From Neoechinorhynchus agilis (taxonomy: Eukaryota; Animalia; Acanthocephala), in contig CM121341.1 in assembly GCA_051530055.1 (NCBI GenBank), forward strand, positions 19,074,784 to 19,138,783: a stretch of 64,000 bases of DNA. Direction: 5' to 3'. Position numbers and translations under genes: made by a program. Shown piece by piece: positions 60,656 to 64,000 of this stretch (position 1 is its first letter; each line of letters begins with the position of its first letter). Below the pieces are notes generated by a model. It saw only the letters and a list, made by a program, of their open reading frames with translations, did no database searches and had not been told where the DNA came from.

Positions 60656-61056
60656 GTCACGACCCAAAGTTGATTTGCAATAATGAACCCACCTTAGAAA
60701 CCGAAAATATACCTGGGAAAATGTAATTCGTGTTTTGCGTACAATTAATTAGACGGTGCGGTTCAAGCACATATTAGAAAAAAGGCGATATAAGAAGCAG
60801 TTGAGTACAGTATCTTTTTTATTTCCCATCATTAGGCAATTAGAGTCCATTGCTAATTTATTTCGTTGCTACAACATTATTCTCTCAATATTGAATCTAC
60901 TTTTAAAATTTAGCACCAGATTTACGGCGTACAAAAAAGTGGATTCGAAAGCTGCTATACACCATTTTTAATCAAGAAATTAGAACTACGAGCGACCCCA
61001 ACAGAAAAAGCCAAAACGACCCAACTCGAGTCGTGCCCCAAGGTTGAGAATCACTG
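60656..61056 (-). mobile_element. Non-autonomous hAT element (one TIR visible)
   Basis: Minus strand begins CAGTGATTCTCAACCTT (Charlie/Buster-type TIR) at 61056. 60656-60865 is the reverse complement of 20846-21056. Confidence 0.7.
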
Positions 61057-62104
61057 CTTTTGAAGACCTAAAGAAACAATAACGGTTTTACCGCATTTGC
61101 ATTGAAGTGTTTTTGTATGAGTAAAAAAGCAGGGGGCAAATAATTCAGAAGTTTGGGAGCAAGTACTGTTTAAATTAAGTACGGTTTATTTTTATCTTAG
61201 TAAATCTTTATAAATTCAAAAATTAAACCGTGGCGAGAATTTAGGCTTATGGTAAACTGTCGAGACGTAAACTCCATTTAAAATTCTACCCAGATAAGAT
61301 TAAGGATTGTATTTCGAAAAAGAGAATGATAACACTAAATTGTGATGTTAAAAGATGAAAACATTGAGTGAAACGCAAAAGTTTTGAATAAGCTTTGCAA
61401 CGCTTGAAATCAATAAACATTGCGGAACTGTTATTAGGCATTAAAAAAATTTCCATTTATACGAGTCTAAAAATTATTAACTTCAGGTCACTGCACGTGC
61501 ACGCCAGTAAACCAATCCCAATAAAATGCACTGGTTCAACCTGGTGTCATTTTCTGAAATAATGCAATCCAGCAAGGACATGCACTCTGGGCCTTATTTG
61601 ATCGAAGCAATAGGTCCCTTAATCGCGAAGCTAATTTTATCATTGAAGATTTCGTTTAAATGAGACGGCGAGACAAATTCAATCAACGACAACCCATTTC
61701 CGTTTACCCGGTTGCTTTCATCAGAAAACGTACGAGCAGAAATGCGACATATTTAGACATCCTCAGTTCCAAGTCACGGTCGATGGTAGCAGTGTTTTAC
61801 AATGAGAAGAATTGTTCTTTTTGTTACATGTCACCCCGAAAAGGAGTGTCTCGAGTGGTTCGTCTCTATCGCATTTACCATTCAATCGATTCCACTTTTT
61901 TATCTTTCCAAAAACTGAAGCAAGGATTTTGCACGATTAGTCACTTTTTTGTGCTCATCTGAGCACAAAACACACTTGCGATCTTCTGAGTAGGCTTCTA
62001 AGCATCCTTTATGAAACGAATTTCGGCACAAGAAGTGAACCGACGGAAGATCTAAGGCCACACACACTTCTTATAGCTTTCTCTCGCTCGTATTAGAGAG
62101 GTCG

Positions 62105-62830
62105 CTTTGCCAGCTTGTCCTCAAAAATCAAACTTCATCCGATCTTCTTAGGTCCTCCATCACACTATCTTTCCATCTTTTTTCGGCCTTCCCCGTTTCA
62201 TCTTCCCCTTGACCTCAGTGCATCCGGCGCTTTTTATGCAATCGTCTTCTGCTCGTTAATCGACATGATGGAACCATCGCATTCTTCTTTTGGCTATCAC
62301 TTCCTGCACCGGCTCGACGTCGAACATTTTAATAATCTCGGCATTAGGTATTTTATCCCTGCGTGTTACTCCAGCTGACCATCTCAGCATCCTCATTTCA
62401 TTTACAATTAATCTCTGTACGTCCTCCTTTTTTGCAACCCAAGTCTCCGCTGCGTATACCATTGCAAGTCTTACCACTGCTTTTTACGCGCTCCCTTTGA
62501 GCTTGTTCAGAAGACGTTTATCGCACAGGATGCCCGTAACTATTTTCCAGTTATTCCACCCGCATTGAACCCTCTGCCCGATTTCAGGTGATAGTTCACA
62601 GGACATGTTTAACAGGCTACCCAGATATTTGAAGTTGTTCCTCTTTTCGACATTAACTTCCTGCATGCCTACTTCGCCTGGTCCCATATCGTTTTGCTCC
62701 TGCTAATTTTCCGGCCATTGCTTTCTAAGCACTGTCGCCAATTCTCCAACATTTTCTCGAGTGTCACCGAGTCCTTCCTCGTGAGCACCAGATCATCTGC
62801 AAATAATATCGTCCAGGGCGCGTCTTAGGT
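62105..62830 (-). mobile_element. RTE-clade retrotransposon 3' fragment, same family as 30105-31528
   Basis: FKYLGSLLNMSCEL.PEIGQRVQCGWNNWK and VRLAMVYAAETW..EMRMLRWSAGVTRRDKIPN. Confidence 0.88.
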
Positions 62831-62922
62831 TGATGTGTTGACCTGAACGCAATAACTTATAGTATTCAAAGCTTCGAACTTCCAATCAACAGCAAAATCT
62901 ATCAGGCCATTGGCAATGATTC

Positions 62923-63940
62923 CTAATTCGGCATGAGTTGAAGACCTTGCTTTAATGTATCAGCAATAGTTTCGAGATCAAATTGCATTAAGGCCAGTAG
63001 TTTTAACTTAAGTCCAGGAAAATTCTTAAAAATTTGTTCGAAAATGCGTGGTTCGGAGATGACCATCGTCCTCACGACCGTATTGATCAGCAGGATCAAT
63101 TCAGAAAATCGTCGTCCATGAACGAGACGTTCAAGGTTTTGCATCGATGTCCGGATAACCTTTTCGTCATCTTTATTTGAGATAACTAAATCAATAAAAT
63201 TATCCACTTCGCTGCTGGTTTTTGACAACTCCTCTAGCCGATCGCTGAGGGGCTGTGTGTTGTGAACAGCTAACTTACCGCTCATAAGACTCAGCAGTTG
63301 ACACAACGAGCGACGACTTATATCTAGATAATCGATATTTCTTTCCAATAACGAAATTAAGTGACTGGCTTGATCGACGTTTATGAACTTTTCAATAGCA
63401 TCAAAGGCGATTGCATTCAAGGCACCCGACAAACAATATTGATCAACTGCATCAGCATAATCGCCACGCGCGAATAGATAGTTCCCATAATTGTAGTAAA
63501 TTCGGTTTAATAGATTCAGCGAAGCGGATGCTTTGCAGTCAGGGATTCATAAATCCTGGATGTATTATCTATAAATCCGACAAGAAGTTGGTAATCGCCA
63601 CTCTTAGAGACACATTTAACAGTCCTATCAACGACTAATGAGTTTTTTCTAGTATCTTCTTCGTAAATCGTTATTAAGTTTCCAGAGGCCAATATTAATT
63701 CTTGTTTTTCAGAAAGGGAACAAGCATCGCAACTACGATCTTCAATGAAAACGTGCGTAAGTGACCGAGTTAGTGCATTTTTGATTAGAAATACCGACGA
63801 ATCTGAAATGACAAACAGATGAATATATGGATTATCCGTCGATTTTGCGAAGAATAAATGACGAATTGGATACTTCATTTCCGACAATTCCTTACGAGAT
63901 TTGATTCCTCTATAGATTGAACCCTTGGTTATAAAAATCG
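62923..63940 (-). CDS. VPS11: Vps11-like HOPS/CORVET subunit (5' exons beyond the window; 3' end unresolved)
   Basis: IYYNYGNYLFARGDYADAVDQY..IEKFINVDQASHLISLL matches the Vps11 YGDHLY.KGDY..A..QY / KFLD motif. Propeller segment upstream, acceptor near 63946. Confidence 0.75.
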
Positions 63941-64000
63941 ACCCGCCATCGCTAATTTAATTACAATAAAGCTTCAATTTTTAATTCGTTGAAGTCTATT

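Noticed and set aside
1-64000. Alternative genetic code (TGA or TAA/TAG reassigned), prompted by in-frame stops in hexokinase, CAP1, the GT22-like fragment and Nup98
   Set aside because: Conserved genes (GAR1, SmE, mRpL16, ALG11, kinesin) are stop-free under the standard code and end in TGA/TAA at the expected positions.
1-64000. tRNA, rRNA and spliceosomal snRNA genes
   Set aside because: None recognised by eye. GTTCAATC in the 175-bp unit lacks a proper T-arm and cloverleaf. A tRNAscan/cmscan run is needed to exclude divergent copies.

Overview
AT-rich, gene-dense eukaryotic (metazoan-type) DNA with very short GT-AG introns (about 25-65 nt) and strongly diverged proteins. This suggests a compact-genome, possibly parasitic animal, but the taxon cannot be fixed from sequence alone. 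Genes: hexokinase 3' part, two CAP/SCP paralogs, TAF1B-like, GAR1, Nup98, Vps16-like, SmE, AIF, ALG11, mRpL16, an ARM-repeat protein, two orphan paralogs, kinesin-1 heavy chain and Vps11-like. These are interleaved with RTE, CRE, Penelope-like and hAT remnants. The standout is the 5.4-kb array right after GAR1. What looks like a 142/144-bp satellite is, unit by unit, a complete 70-nt box C/D snoRNA gene (terminal stem, C, D', C', D boxes) with a guide resembling SNORD74/snR64 (LSU rRNA 2'-O-methylation). There are about 39 units, about 30 of them intact. Other notable items: Nup98 ends with a stop exactly at its HF/S autoproteolysis site followed by a decayed SKYGL remnant, a minimal hammerhead ribozyme core sits in Penelope-like termini, kinesin-1 lacks its IAK autoinhibition motif, ALG11 intron 1 holds a structured repeat, and there is a 175-bp satellite of about 25 copies. 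Everything was read by eye. Homologies to named families come from recalled motifs and need database confirmation.
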